IMG/VR virus record: IMGVR_UViG_3300034061_005656
Strand: one strand, 5' to 3'
From: an uncultured virus (IMG/VR IMGVR_UViG_3300034061_005656)
Lineage: Duplodnaviria > Heunggongvirae > Uroviricota > Caudoviricetes
DNA length: 64,000 bases
The notes beneath the pieces are model-generated. The model saw nothing but the letters and a program-made list of their open reading frames with translations, searched no databases and was not told where the DNA came from. A program made the position numbers and the translations under genes. How positions within the stretch are numbered: the first letter of the stretch is position 1; each line of letters begins with the position of its first letter. Positions 37,808 through 48,145 of this stretch are shown here, one piece after another.

Positions 37808-39172
37808 ATGTCAAACCTGTGGATTACGCCTGAAGAACTTGGTGTCTATGCTGACACAGAGTTTGCATATGAAGCTGCTAAATCTGCTTCGTATCTTATG
37901 TGGTCACTTTCCGGAAGAAAGTATAGTGGAACTACCACGGTCACAGAGCGTTACGTCTGTGCGACACTGTCGTATCGTTACGGCCCATCGGTACGAAACA
38001 ACAAGGCCGAGCTAATTCTCGGTGATGTGTACAATATTCCATATACAGATATGGACTCGTACACAGCAGTAACAACTGACGGCCTGTCTCCACAATCTCG
38101 CCTTCGCCTTCGCGGTCGCCCTGTTCAAAAGATTCATACAATTCGCAACAGGACGGGCGTTGTAATTGACCCAAGCAGCTACTACTTAGTAGACCACTCT
38201 ACAATTCAAGCAGTGTCTGGTTCACGATGGACTCCGTGCGACATTGAAGTAACGTACACCTACGGCACTGAACCACCAGCTATGGGCAGGCTTGCCGCAA
38301 GAACATTAGCCTTTGAGTTCTGTAAATTGTGGAACAATGACGATGACTGTATGCTCCCTCAGCGCGTAACATCAGTATCTCGACAAGGCGTTTCTTACAC
38401 AATTCTTGACAGTCAAGAATTTATTGACGATCTACGCACTGGACTGTACGTCGTTGACATGTTTCTAAAGTCTGTAAACCCAGACAAGGCACGAGCCAAA
38501 GCACGAGTCTTTACGCCCGATGTCCCACGCGGTAGAAGATACACTCCTAAAGGTAAGAAACTCGCAGCAAGTGCTCTTGATCTAAATATCACAGCAGGTA
38601 GCACTGGAACTGTTAATGTTTCGCTAAGCTCTATTAACGCTATGTTTTTGGCAGAAGAGCTCGGCTGGTCTCCATACATTATTATACGAAGCTACGGTGA
38701 AAGTGCTTCAATAACATTGGACGACGTAGTTACATTGTCTGATCCGACTCCGGCAACAATCAACTTGACTGCCGTTCGTCGTGATGACGACATTGCAAGT
38801 TTAACGACATCAGCTGCACATGGACTTGTACCTGGCGCAGTAATTACTGTTAGCGGAATTGACGGAAGTTTTAACGGCACTCATACAGTTCTAAATACGC
38901 TAACTCCAACTACATTTACTTATGAAAATGAAGGAGTTGACATTGCTTCTACAGTAATTTCTGCAACTGCCACGGCCACCGCTGATAACCGTATGACTAT
39001 TACTGTTGAGTACAATGACATGCTAAAAACAGTTGGTAAAGTTGATCCAGGGACATACGACCTGTACGCGCAAAGAGACTCTGGATCAGAAATTGAAACA
39101 GTCTACATTGCGTCTGGCAATGTTTCAACTATTCTTGCTTCTTCAATTATTAGCGCGTACACGTTAGGCTAG
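37808..39172 (+). CDS. Head-to-tail adaptor with C-terminal extension
   Basis: 'ASYLMWSLSGRKYSG', 'VTYTYG..PP..GRLAA..LA.E', 'C.LPQRVTSVSRQGVS'. Confidence 0.75.
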   Translation: MSNLWITPEELGVYADTEFAYEAAKSASYLMWSLSGRKYSGTTTVTERYVCATLSYRYGPSVRNNKAELILGDVYNIPYTDMDSYTAVTTDGLSPQSRLRLRGRPVQKIHTIRNRTGVVIDPSSYYLVDHSTIQAVSGSRWTPCDIEVTYTYGTEPPAMGRLAARTLAFEFCKLWNNDDDCMLPQRVTSVSRQGVSYTILDSQEFIDDLRTGLYVVDMFLKSVNPDKARAKARVFTPDVPRGRRYTPKGKKLAASALDLNITAGSTGTVNVSLSSINAMFLAEELGWSPYIIIRSYGESASITLDDVVTLSDPTPATINLTAVRRDDDIASLTTSAAHGLVPGAVITVSGIDGSFNGTHTVLNTLTPTTFTYENEGVDIASTVISATATATADNRMTITVEYNDMLKTVGKVDPGTYDLYAQRDSGSEIETVYIASGNVSTILASSIISAYTLG

Positions 39173-39174
39173 CA

Positions 39175-39678
39175 ATGGGAATTGTAGATATTAGCAACGT
39201 TTCCGATAATGTCACAAATATTGTTGACTTTATGAACGAAGTTCTTCAAAGAATTGTTGACACGTTTGGGAGCAACAACGTGCCGTTACCAGCTCGGCAA
39301 TATTGGACAGTAGGGCAAACTGCCATAGACTGTGAACAACTTGTCGTAACGCTTATTCAAATTTATTTAGGGCCGCCTGGAGATCAAGCGTCATCTCCGC
39401 AGCGATGTAACATGCCAAGAACCGCAGTTATGACTGTCACTCTTGCACGAGAAATCCCCGTAGTCGGGCAAAATGGACGACCGCCATCTGCTGAAAAAAT
39501 TCAGCAGGCCGCGTACATTTCAGCAATTGATGCGTACACAATGATGCAATCAATGAATTTGTTTGATGTTTGGGAAGAAGGTGGGTTTGGTCCTGGAGTT
39601 ATTGCCACCGCAGACATTCCCGAACCTCAAGGTGGATTTCAACTTGTCAACCTTCAACTAACGATGGCGATTCCGTAA
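39175..39678 (+). CDS. Neck / tail completion protein
   Basis: Position and size; 'AIDCEQLVV', 'PQGG'. Confidence 0.55.
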   Translation: MGIVDISNVSDNVTNIVDFMNEVLQRIVDTFGSNNVPLPARQYWTVGQTAIDCEQLVVTLIQIYLGPPGDQASSPQRCNMPRTAVMTVTLAREIPVVGQNGRPPSAEKIQQAAYISAIDAYTMMQSMNLFDVWEEGGFGPGVIATADIPEPQGGFQLVNLQLTMAIP

Positions 39679-40079
39679 TGGCTGATATTACAATGTCAAA
39701 GGTTATTTTTTATAAGCCTCAAATGGACATGATGCTAAAACAACCGCAAGGGGAAGTTGGCCGGTATCTGCACGTACGAGGTAGAGCAATTCAGGCCGCG
39801 GCGCGCGCACAAGTAGGCGTAAGAACTGGAGCCTTGCGAGCTTCTATTATGATTTCACAGGAGCGAGCAATTGGCGGACAAAAAATGAAAGTTGGATCTA
39901 GTCTGCCGTACGCTCTTATGCATCACGAAGGTACACGCCCTCGAGTTATTAACGCGCGGCCAGGCGGAATGTTAAGATTTACTAGAGGAGCTCGCGTAGT
40001 GTATACGCGGCAAGTTATGCACCCAGGGACAAGGCCAAATAAATTTCTTTCAGATAATTTGTATTTGGCGCTGGTATAG
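39678..40079 (+). CDS. HK97 gp10-like neck protein
   Basis: 'VRTGALRASI..YALMHHEGT..HPGTRPNKFL'; TAATG overlap gives start 39678. Confidence 0.75.
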   Translation: MADITMSKVIFYKPQMDMMLKQPQGEVGRYLHVRGRAIQAAARAQVGVRTGALRASIMISQERAIGGQKMKVGSSLPYALMHHEGTRPRVINARPGGMLRFTRGARVVYTRQVMHPGTRPNKFLSDNLYLALV

Positions 40080-40146
40080 GCTTTTTTCTTAGTAAAATAA
40101 AGATGTTGTCAAAAGACAATAATAGCAAAGACATGGAGAAAAAATT

Positions 40147-40497
40147 ATGTCAAGATTCAAAGACTTTGGCGAAGGAGCTGCAGGAGAAACTGAGCCTGTA
40201 ACTTTTAAGCTGCACGGCGAAGAATTTACTTGCCAGGCCAATGTACCTGGAAAAGTTCTTTTAGACTTAGTAGCAAAAGGCGCAGAAGATGACTCCGGTG
40301 CTGCAGGCGCAGTCATGGTTAACACTTTTTTTAAGGCTGTTCTTTTGCCTGAAAGCTACGATCGCTTTGACGAGCTTGCAACAAACCCAGAAAAAATTGT
40401 TACTGTAGAAACTATTGGTCAAATTGTTGAATGGCTAATGGAGCAGTACGCTGACCGCCCTACGGAACGGCCAGAACTTTCGCCAGATGGGCGATAG
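40147..40497 (+). CDS. Tail assembly chaperone (G-like)
   Basis: 116 aa, two genes before the tape measure; ends 'YADRPTERP'. Confidence 0.75.
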   Translation: MSRFKDFGEGAAGETEPVTFKLHGEEFTCQANVPGKVLLDLVAKGAEDDSGAAGAVMVNTFFKAVLLPESYDRFDELATNPEKIVTVETIGQIVEWLMEQYADRPTERPELSPDGR

Positions 40498-40529
40498 ATC
40501 TCTGGCCGTATGTTAACGGCAAAGCTTTA

Positions 40530-40892
40530 ATGTCCGGGATTCGTCTCGAAAAATTAAGCATGGCAGATATGCTTGATGTAATTCATTACATTTTTGAGTC
40601 TGATTCTTTATCAATTTCTTCTTCTGAGCACGCTGACGCAAAAGACGCTGTCAGATCGACAATATATGAAGAGCTTTACAACCGATCATACGACTATGGT
40701 TCAAAAAAGAAAAGTAATGACTTTTCAAATATTGATGCCCCGTTTGGAGATTTTGAGGATGACTTGCCGGTGCCTGTTGACCCATTTGAAAGATCTGGCA
40801 ATGTGCCGCCTAAGCCGTTTGTGCCTGCTACTCAAATGGACGAAAACTCTCCATTGCCATTTGGCGGCGCACTTGACGCGCCACTCAGGTAG
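40530..40892 (+). CDS. Tail assembly chaperone extension (T-like), probably reached by -1 frameshift; frame open from 40455
   Basis: The -1 frame overlaps the previous ORF from CGC CCT ACG and reads ..ARWAIDLWPYVNGKALMSG.. Confidence 0.7.
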   Translation: MSGIRLEKLSMADMLDVIHYIFESDSLSISSSEHADAKDAVRSTIYEELYNRSYDYGSKKKSNDFSNIDAPFGDFEDDLPVPVDPFERSGNVPPKPFVPATQMDENSPLPFGGALDAPLR

Positions 40893-40946
40893 TTTGAGTT
40901 GAGATAAGATATTGACTGACGCAGCAGAAGGAGGTGACAACTTACC

Positions 40947-43900
40947 ATGACAATCGTAGGTGAAGCTCATATCATTGTGCGCGCCATTACAACCGGCGTT
41001 GGTCCAAGCATTCAAAATGCGTTTAGACAAGCAAACGCGACTGCGGGTAGATCTGGCTCGCAAATGGGTCGGTCTTTTACTCAAGGATTTAGCAGATCCA
41101 GTAGCAAGCAATTTTCTAAATTTAGACAAGAAGCCATCGCTTCTGCTGATGCTTTTGCGTCATTAGTAAGAAGAGGTTATGCTCTAGGGCCAGCAATTGC
41201 AGTGGCTGCTGGTGGGCTTGCATCTCTTGTTTCTGGCCTTGTTGCGTTCGGTGCTCAACTAGGCGCTGCACTGCCGTCTCTTATTGTGTTTCCCAGCGCG
41301 CTTACGGCTTTAGCTCAAGCGGCAATTACTGCCAAACTTGCGCTGGGCGGAGTGTTTAAGGCAGTCGGAGAACTTGGTAGAGCAAAAGCTCCTGCAGTCG
41401 ATCAAATGCCTGCAAAACTTCGCGCGTTTGAAAACGCTCAACGGAGGGTAAAAGACGCACAAGAAGCGCTAAACAGAGCGTACCGCGCAGCTGAAGAACG
41501 ATTACAGCAGCTTGGATTTGACTCAGAAGACGCTGCTCTTGCGCAGCAGCGCGCTGCAATGGATCTTGAAGACGCGCGAAAAACTTTACAACGAGTCCAA
41601 GACCTGCCGCCAAACTCAAGAGCTCGCCAAGAAGCCGAGCTTGCATTTAAAGAAGCTGATCTTAATTACCGTCGAGCAATTGACAGAAGTTCTGATCTTG
41701 TCGAAGAACAAAACAGAGTCAGTGAAAACGGTACTCTTACTGCTGAGCAGCAAGTTGAGCAGTCTGACGAAGTTCTCGGTGCTCAACGTGAGCTACGCGA
41801 TTCACTTGTTGGACTTGCTGAAGCGCAGAAAGATCTTAAAAAAGCTCAGTCAGGCGGCGGACAGCTTACTGAATTTAATAAACTGTCAAAAGAAGCACAA
41901 GAGTTTGCAAAATATTTATCGTCACTTTCGCCCGAAATACAGAAGCTAAAAGACGCCGCTGGCAAAAAAATGTTTGCGCCTCTTGAAGACGCTATACAAA
42001 ACTTAGTAGACAATTTTTTCCCAAGACTAATCCCGCTGCTGGAAGATACTGGCGAAGCATTCGGCAATACGATGCTCGAGTTTTCTAAAATTGTTACTGA
42101 AGAAAATAATCTAAAAAACTTTGAAACAGTCGGCCGAACAAACATTGACACAATTGGAAAATTAGGTCTAGTCACTGGGAATCTGTACAGCGCCTTTCTT
42201 TCACTGCTCGCAGCGGCAGATCCGCTAGTTCGTAGATTTACAGATTGGCTCGTAACTCTTACAGGTACATGGAAAGAATCTTCAGAAGCAGCAAATCAAA
42301 CTGGTAAGCTCACAGAAAGATTCGAGTATGCCGGAGATGTGGCTGCGCAGCTTGGCAGAACGTTTAGAAATATTTGGGAAGGGCTAAAAAATATTGGTAA
42401 AGCGGCTGCAGGGCCAGGCAGCGGCGGCGAAATGCTTGTTAATGCGTTTGAAAAAGCCACTGAAAGGTTTAAAGAATTTACTGGAGAATTAGAAAAAAGC
42501 GGAAAGCTTGAAGAATACTTTAAAGGCGTTGCAGAAAACGTAATTGCAATCGGAGGTGCCGTTAGCACGCTTGCTCTTGAGTTTCTAAAACTTGGCGATG
42601 ATGAAGCAGTTGGAAAAACAGCAAAACTACTCCCCGGCATATTTGAAGCAATTGGTGGCGCTCTTGCTAGGTTAATGGAAGCCGCGCCAGCAATGGGCGA
42701 GTTTGGCGGAAAGCTTGTTGATTTTTTAGCGATATTTGCAGAAAGCGAATCTATCAATAACTTTTTTAGAGCTCTTAGCTTTGCCATGGACGTTTTACTT
42801 GCTATTTTTAGCAATCCAGTAATTCAAAAAATTACACTTTTTGTAGGAGCTCAGCTAGCGTTTGTTAAAGCCGCACAGCTCATGTTTATAATCGGTAACC
42901 GCGTTTTTCTAATTCTTTCCGGCTATGTAATGAAGCTAGTTACAGCGTTTAAGTTTTTATCCAGTAGCGTAAGTGCTATTGCGTATATTTTTGGCGTAGC
43001 TACTTTTAAAGTTTGGCTTATTATTGCTGCAGTTGCTGCAGTAGTTGCAATATTTGTAATCATGTATAACAAGAGTGAAACTTTACGTAAAGCCCTAAAA
43101 GATCTTGTTGAAAAGGTTATGGGAGCTCTTAAAGACGGCTGGGACCGAATTAATGAAGCAATTAAAGAAGCTATGCCAAGTGTTGACGGCGTCAACGGGC
43201 TGTTTCAAAGAATAGGCGATACCTTAAAAACTGTTGGAGACTTTATAGGTACGTTTATTGTGCCTCTTTTTAGCGTAATTCTTGTCGGCGCAATTGGAAT
43301 GATAGTTGACAGAATTGTTGGATTTATTAAAATTGTCGGCGGCATTATTGACATCTTTAAAGCGGTTTGGCAATTTCTTCAGGGAATTTGGGCGTTAATT
43401 ACTGGCGATACAGATAAAGCTGTTGAAAAGTTTAAGGGTGCTTTTGGTAGTCTTGTGTCGGGAATCGGAAGAATATTTGGCGGCATTTTTGACATTGTTA
43501 CAGCACCTTTTAGAATGGCATTTAATCTCATAGCAAAAATGTGGAACAATACAGTTGGAAAATTGTCGTTTAAGTTCCCAGGCTGGGTTCCAGGTTTAGC
43601 TGGTAAAGGTTTTGATGTACCCGATATCCCACTTTGGGGCGGCGGCGGCGGCGGTTCAGCGCCGAGAGGCGACGGATTTACTGCATTAAATATTCCTCAG
43701 TTTGCTTTAGGCGGAACAGTAATGCCACGACGAGGCGGAACGCTTGGTCTTATCGCTGAAGCAGGTCGTCCAGAGCGAGTTGAACCTCTCGACCCAGACG
43801 GTCTTTCGCGTCGTGATAAAGCAATTATTTCAATGTTGTCTGGTGGCGCTGCAGGCGGCTCAACTATTAACGTCTATCCATCGCCTGGCATGAACGAAGT

Positions 43901-43961
43901 TGAACTCGCCGCGCTTGTAAATCGTCAACTCTCATTTGCCATGAAAAAGGGAGCGGCGTAG
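40947..43961 (+). CDS. Tape measure protein
   Basis: 1004 aa, Ala/Gly/Leu-rich helical protein with periodic W/F; follows the chaperones; GGAGGTG RBS. Confidence 0.88.
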   Translation: MTIVGEAHIIVRAITTGVGPSIQNAFRQANATAGRSGSQMGRSFTQGFSRSSSKQFSKFRQEAIASADAFASLVRRGYALGPAIAVAAGGLASLVSGLVAFGAQLGAALPSLIVFPSALTALAQAAITAKLALGGVFKAVGELGRAKAPAVDQMPAKLRAFENAQRRVKDAQEALNRAYRAAEERLQQLGFDSEDAALAQQRAAMDLEDARKTLQRVQDLPPNSRARQEAELAFKEADLNYRRAIDRSSDLVEEQNRVSENGTLTAEQQVEQSDEVLGAQRELRDSLVGLAEAQKDLKKAQSGGGQLTEFNKLSKEAQEFAKYLSSLSPEIQKLKDAAGKKMFAPLEDAIQNLVDNFFPRLIPLLEDTGEAFGNTMLEFSKIVTEENNLKNFETVGRTNIDTIGKLGLVTGNLYSAFLSLLAAADPLVRRFTDWLVTLTGTWKESSEAANQTGKLTERFEYAGDVAAQLGRTFRNIWEGLKNIGKAAAGPGSGGEMLVNAFEKATERFKEFTGELEKSGKLEEYFKGVAENVIAIGGAVSTLALEFLKLGDDEAVGKTAKLLPGIFEAIGGALARLMEAAPAMGEFGGKLVDFLAIFAESESINNFFRALSFAMDVLLAIFSNPVIQKITLFVGAQLAFVKAAQLMFIIGNRVFLILSGYVMKLVTAFKFLSSSVSAIAYIFGVATFKVWLIIAAVAAVVAIFVIMYNKSETLRKALKDLVEKVMGALKDGWDRINEAIKEAMPSVDGVNGLFQRIGDTLKTVGDFIGTFIVPLFSVILVGAIGMIVDRIVGFIKIVGGIIDIFKAVWQFLQGIWALITGDTDKAVEKFKGAFGSLVSGIGRIFGGIFDIVTAPFRMAFNLIAKMWNNTVGKLSFKFPGWVPGLAGKGFDVPDIPLWGGGGGGSAPRGDGFTALNIPQFALGGTVMPRRGGTLGLIAEAGRPERVEPLDPDGLSRRDKAIISMLSGGAAGGSTINVYPSPGMNEVELAALVNRQLSFAMKKGAA

Positions 43962-43998
43962 TTTATGATTAAGATACAAAAAAATCTAGGAGAACCTA

Positions 43999-45162
43999 AT
44001 GGCTTATTTAATTGACGGAACCACTGAGCTTCCAGAAAACGGTGAAACAGGTTGGGGCACCATTCTCAACGCAGCAATCAACTCTATTGACAACCGCTTC
44101 GTGTGGGTATCAAGCGAAGCTGTTGCAAAGAAAGTTGCAGCAAGCGGTATTACTGGTACCACACTTGCTTCAAACGTTGTAACCTCGTCATTAACTACGG
44201 TCGGAACTTTAGGTTCTCTCGCCGTATCTGGAAACGTTACAATCGGCGGCGACTTTACAGTCAACGGCACAACCACAACAATTAACACCGCGACACTCAA
44301 CGTCTCTGACAACGTCATCGTACTTAACAATGACGTTACCGGCAGCCCAACTGAAAACGCAGGCATTGAAGTTGAGCGTGGCACTTCAACCAATGTCCTG
44401 ATCCGCTGGAATGAAACCACTGACGTGTGGGAACTTACAACCGACGGAGCAGCGTATTCTGCAATTGCTACAGTATCTGGCTCAGAGTCGCTAACAAACA
44501 AAAAACTTGGAAGCTTAACAACTAACGGGCTAGTTACAACATCTTCCGGAGATGGCACGCTTAGCGTTACTGCTATGGGCGCAAACGTTGCAACGTTTTT
44601 AGGTACTCCTTCTTCCGCAAACCTTGCATCTGCAGTGTCAGACGAAACCGGTTCCGGAGCTCTTGTGTTTGGCACCAGCCCCGCAATTACTACGTCGTTA
44701 ACTACGCCAAGTTCTTCGTTTGATTTGATTAACGCAACGGCAACGACTGTGAACTTTGCCGGCGCTGCGACTGCTCTCACAGTCGGAGCAACAACTGGAA
44801 CCACGACTGTGCGAAACGCACTCACAGTAACTGGCGCAACAGTTCTTGGGCCTGCTGTAATCACTCAGCAATCGTCTGCTTACACACTGGCACTCACAGA
44901 CGCTGGTGACATCGTCGAGATGACGAATGCAACTGATGTCAACGTTACAGTTCCGCCAGAAGCGTCTGTAAACTTCCCAGTCGGTACTCAGATTGTAGTA
45001 GCCCGAAACGGCGCAGGAAAAATTCAATTTGTAGCAGGCGCCGGAGTGACGCTACGTTCTGATGCTTCTAAGCAATTTATTTCAACTCAATACTCAGCCG
45101 CTACTCTAGTTAAGCGTGGCGCAGATGAGTGGTACATCTTTGGGAACCTGGCTGCATCATGA
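43999..45162 (+). CDS. Minor tail / fibre protein
   Basis: Thr/Ser-rich beta repeats 'GDFTVNGTTTTIN', 'DETGSGALVFGTSP'; C-terminal 'YTLALTDAG..FPVGTQI..QYSAATLVK..W...G.L'. Confidence 0.75.
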   Translation: MAYLIDGTTELPENGETGWGTILNAAINSIDNRFVWVSSEAVAKKVAASGITGTTLASNVVTSSLTTVGTLGSLAVSGNVTIGGDFTVNGTTTTINTATLNVSDNVIVLNNDVTGSPTENAGIEVERGTSTNVLIRWNETTDVWELTTDGAAYSAIATVSGSESLTNKKLGSLTTNGLVTTSSGDGTLSVTAMGANVATFLGTPSSANLASAVSDETGSGALVFGTSPAITTSLTTPSSSFDLINATATTVNFAGAATALTVGATTGTTTVRNALTVTGATVLGPAVITQQSSAYTLALTDAGDIVEMTNATDVNVTVPPEASVNFPVGTQIVVARNGAGKIQFVAGAGVTLRSDASKQFISTQYSAATLVKRGADEWYIFGNLAAS

Positions 45163-48143
45163 GAACTAGCTTTGTTGGTGTTGCAGCAAGCAGCGGCGGC
45201 GGCCCAGGTGCGCCGGGCGCTACTCGCAACGTAGTAGCTACAGCTTCTTCTGAGGGAGCAGACGTTGCGTGGGACACGCCAATAAGCAATGGTGGTAGCG
45301 CAATTACTGACTATGAGTTGCAGTCTATCCTAAACGTCACAGACGGTGCACTTGACACTGTATTTGAAACAAACACAGGCACAGGATTTAACGGAGATGT
45401 AAAGTCAATAGCAATCCAGTCAGATGGCAAAATTGTTTGTGGAGGGAATTTTTCAACTTTTAACGGAACTACAGTTAACCGCATTGCGCGCCTTAACTCA
45501 GACGGCACACTTGATACTGCCTTTGCGACAAACATAGGCACAGGATCGCCTATGCTTATAGTTTCAGTAGCAATCCAGTCAGATGGCAAAATTGTTTGCG
45601 GAGGAAACCTCACTTCTTTTAACGGGACTACAGTTAACTACATTGTACGCCTCAACTCTGATGGCACACGTGACACTACTTTTACCACGAATACCGGCAC
45701 AGCATTTAACGACACTGTAAGCTCAATAGCAATTCAGTCAGATGGCAAAATTATCTGCGGAGGGTCATTTACTTCTTTTAACGGTACAACCGTCAACCGT
45801 ATTGTTCGCCTCAACTCTGATGGCACAAGAGATATAGCATTTACGACAAACACCGGTACAGCGTTTAATGGCAGTGTACAAACCGTATCAATCCAGTCAG
45901 ACGGCAAAATAGTTTGCGGAGGATTTTTTAGTTCTTTTAACTCCACGGGATCGAATAGCATTGCACGTCTTAACTCAGACGGCACACTTGATACTGCCTT
46001 TGCGACAAACATAGGCGGCGTATTTAATAATTTGGTATATTCAATAGCATTTCAATCAGACGGTAAAATTGTCGTCGGCGGGTGGTTTGACAGTATACTT
46101 GCAAAGCGCATTGCACGCCTTAACACAGACGGCACACGGGACACGACATTTGCAACGAACGTGGGTACGTCATTTAATAGTAACGTAACGTCAATAGCAA
46201 TTCAGTCAAATGATAAGATTGTTTGCGTAGGGGACTTCACTTCTTTTAACGGAACCACCACTAACTACGTTACACGTCTCAATGCAAATGGTACATTAGA
46301 TACTACTTTTGCGGAAAATGCAGGCGCAGAGGCTAATGACTCAGTAAATTCACTAGCAATTCAGTCAGACGGCAGAATTGTTTTTGGCGGGCTGTTCACC
46401 GCCTTTGCAAGCGTACTAAATGTTAACCGAATTGCAAGAATAAACGGCACCTCACTGTGGTCAACAGCCGTGTCAACTGCTGCAACAGCCGGCGCGCTTG
46501 ATACAGAATTTGACACTAACACAGGCACCGGGTTTGATGGCAACGTAGACTCAATAGCAATTCAGTCAGATGGCAAAATTATCTGCGGAGGGTCATTTAC
46601 TAGTTTTAACGGAACTACCGTTAATAGCATTGTTCGCCTTAATTCCGATGATACAAGAGACACGACCTTTACAACAAATGTTGGTACAGGGTTTGATTAC
46701 ACCGTACAAGTCATAGCAATCCAGTCAGATGGCAAAATTGTTTGTGGAGGAGGGTTTAACACCTTTAACGGCGCAACAGTTAACAGCATCGTACGCCTCA
46801 ACTCTGATGGCACACGTGACACTACTTTTACCACGAATACCGGCACTGGGTTTAGTGGTCAATTTGGTGACGAAGTATTTTCACTAGCAATCCAATCAGA
46901 CGGTAAAATTCTCTGCGGAGGCCAGTTTATTTCTTTTAACGGGACTACAGTTAACTACATTGTACGCCTCAACTCTGATGGCACACGTGACACTACTTTT
47001 ACCACGAATACCGGCACTGGGTTCAATAACTCTGTAAAGTCACTAGCAATCCAATCAGACGGTAAAATTCTCTGCGGAGGCCAGTTTATTTCTTTTAACG
47101 GGACTACAGTTAACAGCATTGTACGCCTCAACTCTGATGGCACACGTGACACTACTTTTACCACGAATACCGGCACTGGGTTTAGTGGTGGCCTTGGTGC
47201 CAGCGTAAACTCAATAGCAATTCAGTCAGATGGCAAAATTGTTTGTGGAGGATCATTTACTTCTTTTAACGGAACTACCGCTAACGATATTGTACGTTTA
47301 AACCCCAATGGAACGTTAGACATAACCTTTATAACAAATATTGGCACAGGGGTTAATGGTATTGTGAGTACAATAGCAATCCAGTCAGACGGCAAAATAG
47401 TTTGCGGAGGTTTTTTCTCTGCCTTTAACGGTGTAACAATTTACAATATTGTACGCCTAAACGCCGATGGCACAAGAAATACTACCTTTACAACAAACAC
47501 AGGCACTGGGTTTAGTGCCAGCGTAAACTCGATAGTAGTCCAGTCAGATGGCAAAATAGTTTGCGGAGGGAGCTTTACCATTTTTAATCCTACAACAACA
47601 GATGGTAAAATATTTTCTAATGGTACGACAGTTAATTGCATTGCGCGTCTCAAGAGCGGTCTCGAATCAATCTACACTTTTGCAGGTTTAATTGGCGGGA
47701 CGGGTTACTTATTTAGAGCAAGGGCAGTTAACGCTATCGGAAATGGTCCTTACTCGCAAACAACGTCTGCTATTGCCGCCATAGCGCCAATAGCGCCTTC
47801 TGTTGCAATTACTTCTTGCTTTAAAGAAGCTATTATTACTGGAGGAGGAGGTTCGCAGTACTTTGTTTACGCGCTTGGGACTTTAAATCCTAACGGTGCT
47901 TCTACAACAGTGGTTTTGGAATATCGTGTATTTGGCGCGCCGACATGGAGCACTGGTACTGTGTTTTCGAGCGGGTATGACCCGCTTGGCGGCCCTTTTA
48001 CTGGGACTTTACAGCTTGAAATTGCCGGTAGCTCGGGCGATATAGGCGGAAGTTCTTATTCAGCAGACAACTACGAAGCACGTTTTGTAGCAACAAACGC
48101 GTACGGAACATCAACCTCATCTATCCTGAATACGGGCATATAA
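45159..48143 (+). CDS. Receptor-binding or decoration protein: FN3 domain with two 7-repeat delta-60-type beta-propellers
   Basis: 14 copies of 'IQSDGKIxCGGxFxxFNGxxxNxIxRLNxDGTxDxxF' in two blocks of 7; ATGA overlap gives start 45159. Confidence 0.85.
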   Translation: MRTSFVGVAASSGGGPGAPGATRNVVATASSEGADVAWDTPISNGGSAITDYELQSILNVTDGALDTVFETNTGTGFNGDVKSIAIQSDGKIVCGGNFSTFNGTTVNRIARLNSDGTLDTAFATNIGTGSPMLIVSVAIQSDGKIVCGGNLTSFNGTTVNYIVRLNSDGTRDTTFTTNTGTAFNDTVSSIAIQSDGKIICGGSFTSFNGTTVNRIVRLNSDGTRDIAFTTNTGTAFNGSVQTVSIQSDGKIVCGGFFSSFNSTGSNSIARLNSDGTLDTAFATNIGGVFNNLVYSIAFQSDGKIVVGGWFDSILAKRIARLNTDGTRDTTFATNVGTSFNSNVTSIAIQSNDKIVCVGDFTSFNGTTTNYVTRLNANGTLDTTFAENAGAEANDSVNSLAIQSDGRIVFGGLFTAFASVLNVNRIARINGTSLWSTAVSTAATAGALDTEFDTNTGTGFDGNVDSIAIQSDGKIICGGSFTSFNGTTVNSIVRLNSDDTRDTTFTTNVGTGFDYTVQVIAIQSDGKIVCGGGFNTFNGATVNSIVRLNSDGTRDTTFTTNTGTGFSGQFGDEVFSLAIQSDGKILCGGQFISFNGTTVNYIVRLNSDGTRDTTFTTNTGTGFNNSVKSLAIQSDGKILCGGQFISFNGTTVNSIVRLNSDGTRDTTFTTNTGTGFSGGLGASVNSIAIQSDGKIVCGGSFTSFNGTTANDIVRLNPNGTLDITFITNIGTGVNGIVSTIAIQSDGKIVCGGFFSAFNGVTIYNIVRLNADGTRNTTFTTNTGTGFSASVNSIVVQSDGKIVCGGSFTIFNPTTTDGKIFSNGTTVNCIARLKSGLESIYTFAGLIGGTGYLFRARAVNAIGNGPYSQTTSAIAAIAPIAPSVAITSCFKEAIITGGGGSQYFVYALGTLNPNGASTTVVLEYRVFGAPTWSTGTVFSSGYDPLGGPFTGTLQLEIAGSSGDIGGSSYSADNYEARFVATNAYGTSTSSILNTGI

Positions 48144-48145
48144 CA

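Noticed and set aside
45400..47650. Regularly spaced DNA repeats resembling an array
   Set aside because: They are in-frame protein repeats of a beta-propeller gene
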